Shown here: piece after piece, positions 18,419-28,560 of the stretch
Position numbering within the stretch: the stretch's first letter is position 1
How the letters are laid out: every line of letters begins with the position of its first letter
Origin: Bacteroidota bacterium
GTDB lineage: Bacteria > Bacteroidota > Bacteroidia > JABEUT01
DNA length: 64,000 nt
Direction: 5' to 3'
Assembly (NCBI GenBank): GCA_013288345.1
Contig: JABDCA010000001.1
Coordinates: forward strand, 13,417 to 77,416
Notes under the pieces: generated by a model
Databases searched by the model: none
What the model was told of the DNA's origin: nothing
The model's input: only the letters and a program-made list of their open reading frames with translations
Translations under genes and position numbers: made by a program

Positions 18419-19168
18419 TTGAGACACTTACAAGCCTTGGAATCATCCCCGCATTATCTATCTTTAAATGATGTGGCATTGGTGGGAGGCGGTAGTTTTC
18501 CGCAACCGGGAGAAATATCGTTGGCACACAACGGTGTTTTATTTTTAGATGAGTTACCTGAATTTAAAAGGACTGTGTTAGAAGTAATGCGCCAGCCATT
18601 GGAAGATCGTTTTATACGAATATCTCGCGCAAGGTTTACTGTAGAATACCCGGCAGGATTTATGCTGGTAACATCTATGAACCCTTGCCCATGTGGGTTT
18701 TATAACCACCCGCAAAAAGAATGTGTATGCGCGCCGGGTACAGTTCAAAAATATTTAAACCGTATTTCGGGCCCATTGCTCGATAGGATAGACATACATG
18801 TTGAGGTAGTGCCTGTAGCTTACGGAGAATTATCATCGGAACGGGTGAGCGAAAAAAGTGAATCGGTTAGAGAGCGGGTTATAAAAGCCAGAGAGATACA
18901 AGCCAAACGCTTCGAGGGGAGCGGTATTTACTGCAATGCACAAATGAGTTCGAAGCAATTAAAAACATATTGCAAAATAGACGAAGCAGGGCATACACTG
19001 TTAAAGACAGCTATGGAAAAACTAAATCTATCAGCCCGTGCTTATGACAGAATTCTGAAAGTATCGCGCACCATAGCTGATTTGGCAGCTTCTGAAAACA
19101 TAGGCAACCAGCATTTAGCCGAAGCTATAAACTACAGGAGTTTAGACAGGGAGAATTGGGCGGGGTAA
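18419..19168 (+). pseudogene. comM: 3' fragment of ComM/YifB Mg-chelatase-like AAA+ ATPase
   Basis: DVALVGGGSFPQPGEISLAHNGVLFLDELPEF, SMNPCPCG, RISGPLLDRIDIHVEV and LSARAYDRILKVSRTIADL are present; the N-terminal half with Walker A is absent. Confidence 0.92.
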
Positions 19169-19215
19169 TTAGGTAGATTTATTGTAAAAACATCACGCTA
19201 ACTAATAGTATTTTT

Positions 19216-20025
19216 CTATATTTTCAATCGCATCATGTCAAACTTTGTTTCAGAAACTACTGATTGAAAACAGCAAATTTCTTTTTTTGAGCAAAAATCC
19301 GTAACAGTCTTTCTTAATTCATCAGAGGCATTAGCTCCAATTATAATTTCAGTAATAATTGTGTGACTAACTTTAAACAAATACACATGAAATGGAGGTG
19401 CATCAATTTTTCTTAATGCCAAATCAAATTTTGCCAATACCCTTTCCTCTTCTTCGTACGCCCAATCCTTTGACTTCACGTACATCACATCAAAATCAAT
19501 TTGCTTCCCTTTTCCTACTGGAACTTTAATCCTGTCATTTGAATAAATTACATCTCTAATATTAATGTTTCGTCCCTTTGAATCACCTCCTTTAAAAAAC
19601 TCATTCTGTTTATCGAAACCCACACAAAACCCTTTATGCGAATTACAATAATGAGACCACATTAGTGTACTATCCCATCTCTTTGAAAGAGAAAAAATGC
19701 CAATATTAGAGTTGAGTTTTTCCTTTGCTCTTTCATAAAAATATTTTTTTGTTCTTTCAACATGGTATAAATTCTTTTTGCGGTCATGCGCGATTTGTCT
19801 TAAGTATGCCCTTCTTTCTGCCCTTGTTAGTGCCTGATTATTATTAACTTCTTCAATTCTCTCATCTAGAACGGCCTTAAAAACCAAAGTTGCATCTTCT
19901 ATTGTAATTGATGGAATACATTCAAATGGGTCATTAAGTTCAATAGGTGGTGTAAATCTTAGTAATTCATCTTCTAAATAACTAATTCTTTCCGGTGGCA
20001 AATATTTGTATGTAACCTCATCCAT
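19216..20025 (-). CDS. DUF2971 family protein
   Basis: YKYL, ELNDPFE, LMWSHYCNSHKGFCVGF and KSKDWAYEEEER. Confidence 0.85.
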   Translation of the reverse strand: MDEVTYKYLPPERISYLEDELLRFTPPIELNDPFECIPSITIEDATLVFKAVLDERIEEVNNNQALTRAERRAYLRQIAHDRKKNLYHVERTKKYFYERAKEKLNSNIGIFSLSKRWDSTLMWSHYCNSHKGFCVGFDKQNEFFKGGDSKGRNINIRDVIYSNDRIKVPVGKGKQIDFDVMYVKSKDWAYEEEERVLAKFDLALRKIDAPPFHVYLFKVSHTIITEIIIGANASDELRKTVTDFCSKKEICCFQSVVSETKFDMMRLKI

Positions 20026-20393
20026 TACCTAAAATTTAGACTCAAATTTACTATTCTACATCTTTCTATATACACTCATTAAGCCACCTGTTAATAATTT
20101 ATTTACTATTTTATTACACGATATAAACATAAAGGCTATTTTTGTATAGTATTACCATTCTATCAACCAACAAGTGAACCGTATTTGTACCTTTGTTGGA
20201 AATAATTCAATGTTTTCTTATTTCCTTCTCAACCCACATAAAAAGATCTCATTACCGCCAGTTTCCGCCACTTTCCGCCAATTATTAAACATCAATTAAA
20301 ACTATAATAGCTTAATAATCATGAGATGCGATAGAAATTAAATGAGATGCGAATAACATTACCGGGCCACATGCACTTAACATGGAAGAGATA

Positions 20394-20414
20394 CTTCGAC
20401 AGGCTCAGTATGAC
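20394..20414 (+). repeat. REP-like 21-mer, copy 1
   Basis: CTTCGACAGGCTCAGTATGAC; 19/21 identical to copy 2. Confidence 0.6.
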
Positions 20415-20628
20415 AATGAGGGGGTATCAAAATGCAATTATTTTTTAAGTCTATAAAATTGAAAATCAATAAGTTAAGGTGTAACAGTGAGGTATCAGTT
20501 GATACCCCCTTATTTTATTATGTTAACCAAGAAACGTGGCACACGAAAACGCGAACCGTGTGCATAAATGTGCCATTCCTTTGCGGGTATTTCTTTGCGG
20601 TCTTTGCGAGAAAAAGAATTGGAATACA

Positions 20629-20649
20629 CTTCGACAAGCTCAGTGTGAC
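20629..20649 (+). repeat. REP-like 21-mer, copy 2
   Basis: CTTCGACAAGCTCAGTGTGAC, a repeat I recognise from Bacteroidota intergenic DNA. Confidence 0.6.
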
Positions 20650-20677
20650 TATAAAGGATAATGCTACATTTGGTTGA

Positions 20678-22816
20678 ATGAAATTAATCGCAAACAACAA
20701 TACTATGAAATTAATAAGCCTTGCTGCCGGAATACTATTACTTGCATCGTGTAATAATGGAAGCCAACAACTAAAATACCCTGTTGCACGTAAGGTAGAT
20801 ACCATCACCAATTACTTTGGCAATAAAGTGGCTGACCCATACCGTTGGTTAGAGAATGATACATCTGCCGAGACAGCCCAATGGGTAAAGGCTGAGAATG
20901 AGGTGACGCAAAACTACCTGTCCAAAATAACATTCCGCGATTCGCTGAAGAAACGCCTTACACAGCTTTACCATTACGAAAAATACAGTGTACCCTTTAT
21001 AAGAGGCAACTATGTGTTTTTTTATAAGAACAACGGAACACAAAATTTGAGTGTACTATATGTGCAGGAAGGATTAACAGGTACGCCAAGGGCATTGCTT
21101 GACCCTAATACTTTATGGAAAGATGGCACCGCAGCCATATCGGAAATAGGTGTTTCGAATAATCAAAAATACCTGGCTTATGCCGTTAGCCGCTCAGGAT
21201 CTGACTGGAATGATTTTTATGTATTGGATATTGCAAGCGGAAAACCACTGAGCGATACATTGCGTTACAGTAAGTTTTCAGATATTGGCTGGGAAGGTGA
21301 TGGCTTTTATTACACCCGTTATCCTGCCCCATCTAAAAACGCAGCTTTGGTAAACAAAAATGAAAGCCCGAAGATATATTACCATAAGCTGGGCACCCCA
21401 CAAAGTGCAGACAAACTTTTTTATGAAGACAAGGAACACCCTATGCGTACCGTTGGCGCTTACACAACTGATGATGAACAGTACCTGGTAATTCATACGG
21501 AGGATGCATCTGACGGGAATGCAATATTTGTAAAGAGCCTTTCTGCGAATAACGACCTGCTCCTCCCTATTGTCAGCGATTTCAGAAATGATAATACAGT
21601 GCTTGATCACAAAGGAGATTCGCTTTTAGTGCTTACAAACAAAGGCGCATCTAACTACAGGCTGGTTTGGATAAATATGGACAAGCCCGATTCTGCCAAC
21701 TGGATAAATGTTTTGCCTGAGCAGAAAAACTTGCTACAAGGTGTAAGTTTATCTGGCGATAAAATTATTGCATCGTACCTTGACAATGTAAAGACAAAGC
21801 TGTATGTATATGGAATGGATGGCAAACTGATAAATGAAATTAAGTTGCCGGGCCTTGGTAATAGTGAGTTTACTGCCAGTAAAAAAAGCCCGTATGTATT
21901 TTACTCTTTTACTAACTACATAACGCTGCCAACTATTTTCAGTTACGATGTAGCAATGGACAAATCGACCCTTTTTGCCAAACCCGATAATGGATTTAAA
22001 TCAGACGACTTTGAAACCGAACAGGTATTTTACCCAAGCAAAGACGGAACCAAGATACCTATGTACATAGTGCATAAAAAGGGCTTGACCATGGATGGAA
22101 ATAATCCATGCTTTTTATATGCCTACGGAGGGTTTAACATTAGCATTCTGCCTGCCTTTAGCCCAAGCGCTGCCCTGTTTATTGAAAATGGAGGCGTTTA
22201 TGCAGTGGCCAACATACGTGGTGGTGGTGAGTATGGCGAAAAATGGCATGAAGCGGGAACCAAACTACAAAAGCAAAATGTGTTCGATGATTTTTATTAT
22301 GCATCTTCTTACCTTGTAGATAATAAATATACTTCGCGCAGTAAATTGGCTATCCACGGGCGTTCTAATGGTGGGCTGTTGATTGGTGCATCTATAACCG
22401 AACATCCTGACATGGCAAAAGTTGCCATACCTACTGTTGGTGTATTAGATATGTTGCGTTACCACAAGTTCACTATCGGCTGGTCATGGGCAAATGATTA
22501 TGGCACCAGTGATGATTCCGTACAATTCCATAACCTTATTAAATTTTCGCCACTGCATAATGTGCACGATACAGCATACCCTGCAACCTTTATTACCACC
22601 GGAGACCATGATGACAGGGTTGTACCTGCACACTCGTTCAAGTTTGCAGCAACTATGCAGGCACATCAAAAAGGCAATAACCCAGTTTTAATCCGTATAG
22701 ATCATAATGCAGGGCATGGTGGCAATAACTCAAAGCCTATGTTCCAGCAAATTGATGAGTTTACCGATATGTGGAGCTTTGTGTTTTACAACCTCGGAAT
22801 GAAAATGAAAAGCTAG
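20678..22816 (+). CDS. Prolyl oligopeptidase (S9A), probable lipoprotein
   Basis: Lipobox LLASC, DPYRWLE, NIRGGGEYG, nucleophile GRSNGG, GDHDDRV and AGHG. Confidence 0.95.
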   Translation: MKLIANNNTMKLISLAAGILLLASCNNGSQQLKYPVARKVDTITNYFGNKVADPYRWLENDTSAETAQWVKAENEVTQNYLSKITFRDSLKKRLTQLYHYEKYSVPFIRGNYVFFYKNNGTQNLSVLYVQEGLTGTPRALLDPNTLWKDGTAAISEIGVSNNQKYLAYAVSRSGSDWNDFYVLDIASGKPLSDTLRYSKFSDIGWEGDGFYYTRYPAPSKNAALVNKNESPKIYYHKLGTPQSADKLFYEDKEHPMRTVGAYTTDDEQYLVIHTEDASDGNAIFVKSLSANNDLLLPIVSDFRNDNTVLDHKGDSLLVLTNKGASNYRLVWINMDKPDSANWINVLPEQKNLLQGVSLSGDKIIASYLDNVKTKLYVYGMDGKLINEIKLPGLGNSEFTASKKSPYVFYSFTNYITLPTIFSYDVAMDKSTLFAKPDNGFKSDDFETEQVFYPSKDGTKIPMYIVHKKGLTMDGNNPCFLYAYGGFNISILPAFSPSAALFIENGGVYAVANIRGGGEYGEKWHEAGTKLQKQNVFDDFYYASSYLVDNKYTSRSKLAIHGRSNGGLLIGASITEHPDMAKVAIPTVGVLDMLRYHKFTIGWSWANDYGTSDDSVQFHNLIKFSPLHNVHDTAYPATFITTGDHDDRVVPAHSFKFAATMQAHQKGNNPVLIRIDHNAGHGGNNSKPMFQQIDEFTDMWSFVFYNLGMKMKS

Positions 22817-23067
22817 CGGTGCTTGTTCTTTTTAGGTGTAAGGTCTTCAGGCAGGTCTTTACCCGGTTTAAAGTCACCTCGTATAAGGCCTGAAATTACA
22901 AGTACTATTATAGTAACTGATAATATAAATACCACCCACTCTATGAACGGTTTCTTTTTGGTAGTATACCTCCATATTGTTGTCCTGAAAAAATACCCGA
23001 CAATAAGGAATGGAAGGAGTCCCAATCCCAAAATGTATCGTGCAGTATAGCGTTTTTTCTTTGTCAT
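22813..23067 (-). CDS. Small two-TM membrane protein
   Basis: Two hydrophobic stretches; follows kynU on the same strand. Confidence 0.5.
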   Translation of the reverse strand: MTKKKRYTARYILGLGLLPFLIVGYFFRTTIWRYTTKKKPFIEWVVFILSVTIIVLVISGLIRGDFKPGKDLPEDLTPKKNKHR

Positions 23068-23086
23068 TATTTTAATACAACAAATA

Positions 23087-24376
23087 TCACTTTAATTTGA
23101 GCACTTTTTCAACAGTTTGGCCAAATTGCCATACATCTTCAAAGGAGTTGTATAGTGGCACAGGCGCTAATCGGACCACATTCGGGTTACGCCAATCACA
23201 AAAAACTCCATTCTTAGTTAATGTATTATAAAAATCGCGGCCCATACCATGTGCAATAATTGAAAGCTGGCATCCGCGCTGGGCTGGGTCTGCAGGGGTA
23301 ATAATTTCAAGTTTTAATTTTTTACCCTTCATTTTTTTATTGAGTTCATCTATTATAAACTCAAGGTAGCCGGTCAATAGCTTGCTCTTTTTACACAGAG
23401 GCTGCATGCCACCTGCTTCTGTAAATATATCGAGAGATGCCTTATATGCTGCCATAGATAGTACAGGTGCATTACTGAGTTGCCAGCCTTCAGCGGTTTT
23501 CATAGGTACAAACTCCCTGTTCATTTGAAAGCGAGTTTTTTTATCATAGGCCCACCATCCGGCAAAGCGAGGCAATTTCTGGTTCTTTATATGCTTTTGG
23601 TGTATGAAAGCGCCTGCTACTCCACCCGGGCCCGAGTTAAAATATTTATAGGTACACCACACAGCAAAATCAACATCCCAATCGTGCAAACTCAGTTCAA
23701 TATTACCGGCAGCGTGTGCCAGATCAAATGCAGCATACGCACCTACTTTATGGGCAGCTTTTGTAATAGTAGGCATATCTATAACCTGGCCCGTGAGGTA
23801 ATTAACGCCACCTATCATTACAAGGGCCAGTTCTTTACCGTTATCACTAATGGCTTTAAGTATATCTTCCTTTCTCACCAGGTTCTCTCCTTTGCGGGGA
23901 GCTATTTCTATAAGTGTTTTATCAGGGTTCAATCTATGCGACTGTACATGGGTCTGCAAAGCATATTGGTCAGATGGGAAAGCATTCGATTCGCAAAGTA
24001 TCTTATACCGTTTTTTATCGGGCCTGTAAAACGATACCATCATCAAATGCAGGTTTACCGTAAGCTGATTCATAGCCACTACTTCTTCAGGCTTTGCACC
24101 TATAAGCTTAGCCATAGGTTCAGCAAACATTTCGTGGTACGAATACCAGGGATTGCGTGCATCAAAATGTCCTTCCACTGCATACTTCGCCCAGTCTTCC
24201 AGTTCAATATTTACATACTTCTGAACACTTGCAGGTTGTAAGCCGAGTGAGTTACCCGTGAAGTATAAAGCCTCTTTGCCATTGTGTTTAGGAAACAAGA
24301 ACTGCTTCCTGAACTTCTTTAATGGATCCTTGCTGTCAAGTCCGCGGGCAAAATCAAGTGTGTTAAGGTATTTCAT
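23087..24376 (-). CDS. kynU: Kynureninase
   Basis: YFTGNSLGLQP, LTVNLHLMMVSFY, FDLAHAAGN, PLP-lysine WCTYKYFNSGPG, GWW and RLAPVPLYN. Confidence 0.96.
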   Translation of the reverse strand: MKYLNTLDFARGLDSKDPLKKFRKQFLFPKHNGKEALYFTGNSLGLQPASVQKYVNIELEDWAKYAVEGHFDARNPWYSYHEMFAEPMAKLIGAKPEEVVAMNQLTVNLHLMMVSFYRPDKKRYKILCESNAFPSDQYALQTHVQSHRLNPDKTLIEIAPRKGENLVRKEDILKAISDNGKELALVMIGGVNYLTGQVIDMPTITKAAHKVGAYAAFDLAHAAGNIELSLHDWDVDFAVWCTYKYFNSGPGGVAGAFIHQKHIKNQKLPRFAGWWAYDKKTRFQMNREFVPMKTAEGWQLSNAPVLSMAAYKASLDIFTEAGGMQPLCKKSKLLTGYLEFIIDELNKKMKGKKLKLEIITPADPAQRGCQLSIIAHGMGRDFYNTLTKNGVFCDWRNPNVVRLAPVPLYNSFEDVWQFGQTVEKVLKLK

Positions 24377-24383
24377 AGTACTA

Positions 24384-25184
24384 TCAATGGAATTCTACTC
24401 GTTTTATAATTGCCGAAAAGAGTCCGGGGAAAAGGCTTTTCAACCTTGGGGCCAATGTTTCAGAACCTCCTATATATACTTGCTCTTTATTATGTTTTAT
24501 AGCATTAAGTATGCCTGTTGCACACTTTTCAGGCTCAATACCTTTTTCCTGTCCCTTATCCATTTTGCCATGGGCAGCACCTTCCGATGTAACTGCATTA
24601 ACTGACACATTGGTTTTTACATAGCCAGGGCATATAATATGCACTTTTACATTATCCTTAAACACTTCGCCACGCAATGCCTCAAAGAACCCGTGTAATG
24701 CATGCTTCGATGCGCAGTACATAGCACGGAATGGTATGCCCATTTTACCCATAACGCTGCTTATTACAACTATGTTGCCGCTTTTTTGAGATAACATTAT
24801 AGGAAGTACTTTTTTGGTAAGTGCAATAACCGAAAAGAAATTCAATTCCATTATCTGCCTGTCAACCTGCAACAAGCTATCCTTAATAAGAGATCGTTGC
24901 GCAATACCGGCATTACAGATAAGTATATCAATAGCTGAATATTTTTCTTTCACCTTGGCAATGGCGCCATCTAAATCATCAATCTTATAAAGGTCGAATG
25001 GGAGTATTAAACTATTTGAATCATTAAGGCCTGCTTCTTTCTTAACACGTTGCAATTCATCTTCCCGACGTGCAGTAAGAATAACCTTGGCACCTTCCTT
25101 AGCAAAAGCTTTAACCAATGCTTCGCCAATACCTGAAGATGCACCCGTAACCCATACTACCTTACCTGAAAACGAATTCGACAT
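24384..25184 (-). CDS. Short-chain dehydrogenase/reductase
   Basis: TGASSGIG, NAG and YCASK. Confidence 0.92.
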   Translation of the reverse strand: MSNSFSGKVVWVTGASSGIGEALVKAFAKEGAKVILTARREDELQRVKKEAGLNDSNSLILPFDLYKIDDLDGAIAKVKEKYSAIDILICNAGIAQRSLIKDSLLQVDRQIMELNFFSVIALTKKVLPIMLSQKSGNIVVISSVMGKMGIPFRAMYCASKHALHGFFEALRGEVFKDNVKVHIICPGYVKTNVSVNAVTSEGAAHGKMDKGQEKGIEPEKCATGILNAIKHNKEQVYIGGSETLAPRLKSLFPGLFSAIIKRVEFH

Positions 25185-25285
25185 AAAAACGAATATTTTA
25201 AAATTGACCTTGCCAAAACAGAATTACTATCAGCCTCTGTTGGCAATGGCTTTATAAAACGTAAAAGTAAAATATTTTAGCATTT

Positions 25286-25699
25286 ATGCTACATTTGCAG
25301 GTAATGCCATCTGCTATGATTTTCAAGAACAGGTTTATAAAAATATTGCCCTTTGTATTTGCATACTTATTGCTTTCATGTCACAGTAAAAGCTACGTTG
25401 CTATTCCGGCAGGTATTCTTCCACCCGATACTATGATGGCAGTCCTTTCGGATGTACATATTATGCAGGCATCTGCATTGCAAGGCTATAGCCAGAATGA
25501 TAAAGACACCAGCATTGATCAGGCTTATCAGTCGCTATGGAAGAAACACCATATTACAGAAAGCACATATACACAGAGTATGCAATTCTATTGCGATCAT
25601 GCACGATTACTGGATTCTATTTACGAGAAAGTGCTTACTAACCTTAACCAACAAAAGGTAGAGTTGATGGGGCACAAACAAATTCCGGCAAATAAATAA
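25286..25699 (+). CDS. DUF4296-like lipoprotein (start may be downstream)
   Basis: Lipobox LLLSC; LSDVHI...SMQFY...IYEKV pattern. Confidence 0.75.
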   Translation: MLHLQVMPSAMIFKNRFIKILPFVFAYLLLSCHSKSYVAIPAGILPPDTMMAVLSDVHIMQASALQGYSQNDKDTSIDQAYQSLWKKHHITESTYTQSMQFYCDHARLLDSIYEKVLTNLNQQKVELMGHKQIPANK

Positions 25700-25702
25700 A
25701 GA

Positions 25703-26830
25703 ATGCTTGTTGCCTTAAATGTTGCACTCATAGTATTTACTTCAGCGTACACTATTTATATTTCATGGCAGATTATATCCTGGATTAAAACACCGGTTTT
25801 TAAGCCATCCGCGGGTGATTTCAAAACTAAGGTCTCAGTAATCATTCCTTGCAGGAACGAAGAGAACACCATCGGTAATTGCCTTGCATCTATTTTACAG
25901 CAAGGCTATCCCACTTCACTCATCGAAATTATTGTAGCCGATGATCATTCAGAAGATGCTACGGCAAAACATACCAAAGAGATTCTTGGAAACAGTACTA
26001 CAACCTGGAAATATGTATTGGTAACTGACAAGTCGTCGAACAAGAAAAAAGCAATAGAAGCCGGTATTAAAGCATCAACAGGAGAGCTAATAGTAATTAC
26101 AGATGCTGATTGTACTGTTTCAAAAAACTGGCTATCATCTATAGTGTCTTTATATGAAGAGAAGCATTACCAAATGATTTGTGGACCTGTGGCTATTATA
26201 AACGAAAGTAGCATTTGCGAAAAATACCAGGCCTTAGAATTCACCGGGTTATCTATACTGGCAGGTGCAGGCATATTCTCAAAATACCCTTTACTGTCAA
26301 ACGCTGCAAATATTGCCTATACAAGGCAGGCATTTGAAAAGGTTGAAGGCTTTAAGGGCATTGAAAACACACCCTCAGGCGATGATACCTTGCTTCTATT
26401 CAAAATCAATAAGCAGTTTCCAGGGCAAATAGGATATCTTAAAACTACGGAAGCATTAGTATCAACTGCTGCACAGCCTACTTGGAGTAATTTTATACAG
26501 CAGCGTATACGATGGGCATCAAAAGGTTTTCGTTCTAAAAATCAACTAAATAGCCTTATTAGCCTGCTCGTTTTCGTCACTAATTTTTTGTTATTCGTAT
26601 CTGTCATTGGTTCTTTAGTCTATTTTTCACTCAATTTGGTACTCATGTATTGCATAATTGCTAAATTCACCATAGACTTTTTATTGTTAACTTGCGGAAC
26701 CAATTTTTTTAAGAAGCATCATTTATTAGGTTATTTTTTGGCATCAGAAGTAATAACTATGCTTTATGTAAGTTGGATTGGATTAGTGGCAAATTTTTCG
26801 CGTTATCACTGGAAAGGAAGAGATTATTGA
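25703..26830 (+). CDS. Family 2 glycosyltransferase, membrane-bound
   Basis: VIIPCRNEE, ADDHSED, ITDADC, SGDD and QRIRWA. Confidence 0.9.
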   Translation: MLVALNVALIVFTSAYTIYISWQIISWIKTPVFKPSAGDFKTKVSVIIPCRNEENTIGNCLASILQQGYPTSLIEIIVADDHSEDATAKHTKEILGNSTTTWKYVLVTDKSSNKKKAIEAGIKASTGELIVITDADCTVSKNWLSSIVSLYEEKHYQMICGPVAIINESSICEKYQALEFTGLSILAGAGIFSKYPLLSNAANIAYTRQAFEKVEGFKGIENTPSGDDTLLLFKINKQFPGQIGYLKTTEALVSTAAQPTWSNFIQQRIRWASKGFRSKNQLNSLISLLVFVTNFLLFVSVIGSLVYFSLNLVLMYCIIAKFTIDFLLLTCGTNFFKKHHLLGYFLASEVITMLYVSWIGLVANFSRYHWKGRDY

Positions 26831-26851
26831 ATAAAAATACAGGGGTTTATT

Positions 26852-28114
26852 GTGCTGACATTTCGCAGAAAAAAATACGTTGAAATTGACTCTTATTCGT
26901 TGGCTCACCACGCCTGGAAGAGGTTCAAAAAGAACCGCCTTGCCATGTTCAGCCTTTACTTTATTATACTTGCAGTAGTAGTAGCGCTTTTAGGCTACCT
27001 CATCACCCCCGATTCCACTCCAAACGCTAATAACCAGGTATTAGAACTTTCGGTAAAGCCACCGGGTTTTAAAGTACAAATGCTTATTAACAGAGAGAAC
27101 CAGGATATACAGCAAGAATCCTTTATCTCGAAAATGTTATTCGGCCAGCCCAGCTTTTACCACGATATTCCTATTTACAAATATGGCTTCGAAGGGCCTA
27201 ATATTGTTATTGAAGGGTATACAGGCACTGACCCTAATAATGGGCCGATGGTAAAGTATAACATGGCAGATATCATATACTCCCTAGATTACAATAAGCA
27301 CTTTGTTAATGATACAATAAACAATACTACTACCTTTTATATATTCGGGAATGATAAGCCTATTACCCGCACATACAAGGATATGAGCGAGGAAATAAAA
27401 GCAAAAAACATTATATCGAAATCATTTTTGCTTGGTACCGATCAGGAAGGCAGGGACCTGTTGAGCCGCCTTATGATAGGTATAAGGGTATCGCTCGCAG
27501 TAGGTTTTGTTTCAGTACTTATAGCTTTTTCAATTGGTATATTTATGGGAGCCACAGCGGGTTACTACCGTGGTAAGTGGGATGAATTTGTAATGTGGCT
27601 TATCAACGTGGTTTGGTCGTTACCTACCCTATTGCTTGTTATAGCCATTACACTTGCATTGGGCAAAGGGTTCTGGCAGGTATTTATTGCAGTTGGGCTT
27701 ACTATGTGGGTTGATGTGGCTCGTATTGTAAGGGGCCAGGTAATGAGTATACGCGAAGAGAATTTTATTGAAGCCGGCAATGCAATGGGCTTTTCTGACT
27801 TCAGGATCATATTTAAGCATATACTACCCAATATTATGGGAGCCATAATAGTTGTGGCCGCCGACAACTTTGCTTCAGCTATACTTATTGAAGCAGGACT
27901 TAGCTTCTTGGGTATAGGTGCGCAACCGCCAATTGCATCTTGGGGTTCTATGATAAATGCAAACAGAGGTTATATCATAACCGATTCGGCTTATTTGGCC
28001 TTTTTACCCGGTATTTGCATCATGTTTATGGTACTGGCATTCTTCCTGCTGGGCAATGGCTTACGTGATGCCTTAGACAGCAAAACATCAGCCAACCAAT
28101 TGGTTGGTACCTGA
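26852..28114 (+). CDS. OppC/DppC-like ABC transporter permease with a large inserted loop
   Basis: LLGTDQEGRDLLSRL, EAA loop (EENFIEAGNAMG) and EAGLSFLGIG...SWG. Confidence 0.9.
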   Translation: MLTFRRKKYVEIDSYSLAHHAWKRFKKNRLAMFSLYFIILAVVVALLGYLITPDSTPNANNQVLELSVKPPGFKVQMLINRENQDIQQESFISKMLFGQPSFYHDIPIYKYGFEGPNIVIEGYTGTDPNNGPMVKYNMADIIYSLDYNKHFVNDTINNTTTFYIFGNDKPITRTYKDMSEEIKAKNIISKSFLLGTDQEGRDLLSRLMIGIRVSLAVGFVSVLIAFSIGIFMGATAGYYRGKWDEFVMWLINVVWSLPTLLLVIAITLALGKGFWQVFIAVGLTMWVDVARIVRGQVMSIREENFIEAGNAMGFSDFRIIFKHILPNIMGAIIVVAADNFASAILIEAGLSFLGIGAQPPIASWGSMINANRGYIITDSAYLAFLPGICIMFMVLAFFLLGNGLRDALDSKTSANQLVGT

Positions 28115-28154
28115 TGTTTCGTGTTTAATTTATTTTTATTACTAATTCCTGATC

Positions 28155-28532
28155 CTAGAAAGGAAGATCGTCTGTCTCTTCAGCATTTGACAATCCGCCG
28201 CCATTAGCTGATAAAGAAGCAGGAGCCTGAGATTCCTTGCTGTACTCTTTAGTACCACGCTCAACTCTCCAGGCATCTAATGATGTGAAGTATTTTACTC
28301 CGCCACCATCTTTTCCTTGCCATTCGCGGCCTTTGATGAAAAAGCTAACCTTAACCTGGTCGCCCTCATTAATATCGTCGAGCAATTTGCACCTTTCCTG
28401 GGTTAATTGAAAAAGAATATGCTGAGGATAATTTGATGAATTATCTGTAACTACAAATTCGCGTTTTTTAAAAGCATCAGATACTTTTTGCTCGTCTTTT
28501 TTCAGTTTTACTATTCCGTTTAATTCAAACAT
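28155..28532 (-). CDS. DUF3127 (SSB-like OB-fold) protein
   Basis: FKKREFVV, YPQHILFQL, FFIKGREW, YFTSLDAWRV and the acidic tail DDLPF. Confidence 0.85.
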   Translation of the reverse strand: MFELNGIVKLKKDEQKVSDAFKKREFVVTDNSSNYPQHILFQLTQERCKLLDDINEGDQVKVSFFIKGREWQGKDGGGVKYFTSLDAWRVERGTKEYSKESQAPASLSANGGGLSNAEETDDLPF

Positions 28533-28560
28533 GTTGATTGTGTATTTATGATTATTTACT

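Larger units (their letters stand above)
1..18460. mobile_element. Genomic island integrated in comM (right part only; left end and recombinase are outside the window)
   Basis: comM homology begins abruptly at about 18449-18470 with the 5' half missing. The region to the left is visibly AT-richer and carries RiPP, methylase, helicase, phage-like and transposase cargo. comM is an established insertion hotspot. Confidence 0.75.

Noticed and set aside
23480-24605. Long plus-strand ORFs (253 aa and 115 aa) opposite kynU and the SDR
   Set aside because: Antisense to clear conserved genes and lacking motifs. The same reasoning applies to most short overlapping ORFs on the track.
28155-28532. DUF3127 with a DDLPF tail as a mobile-element SSB
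   Set aside because: It sits among core-type genes, and this family is widespread in Bacteroidota chromosomes.
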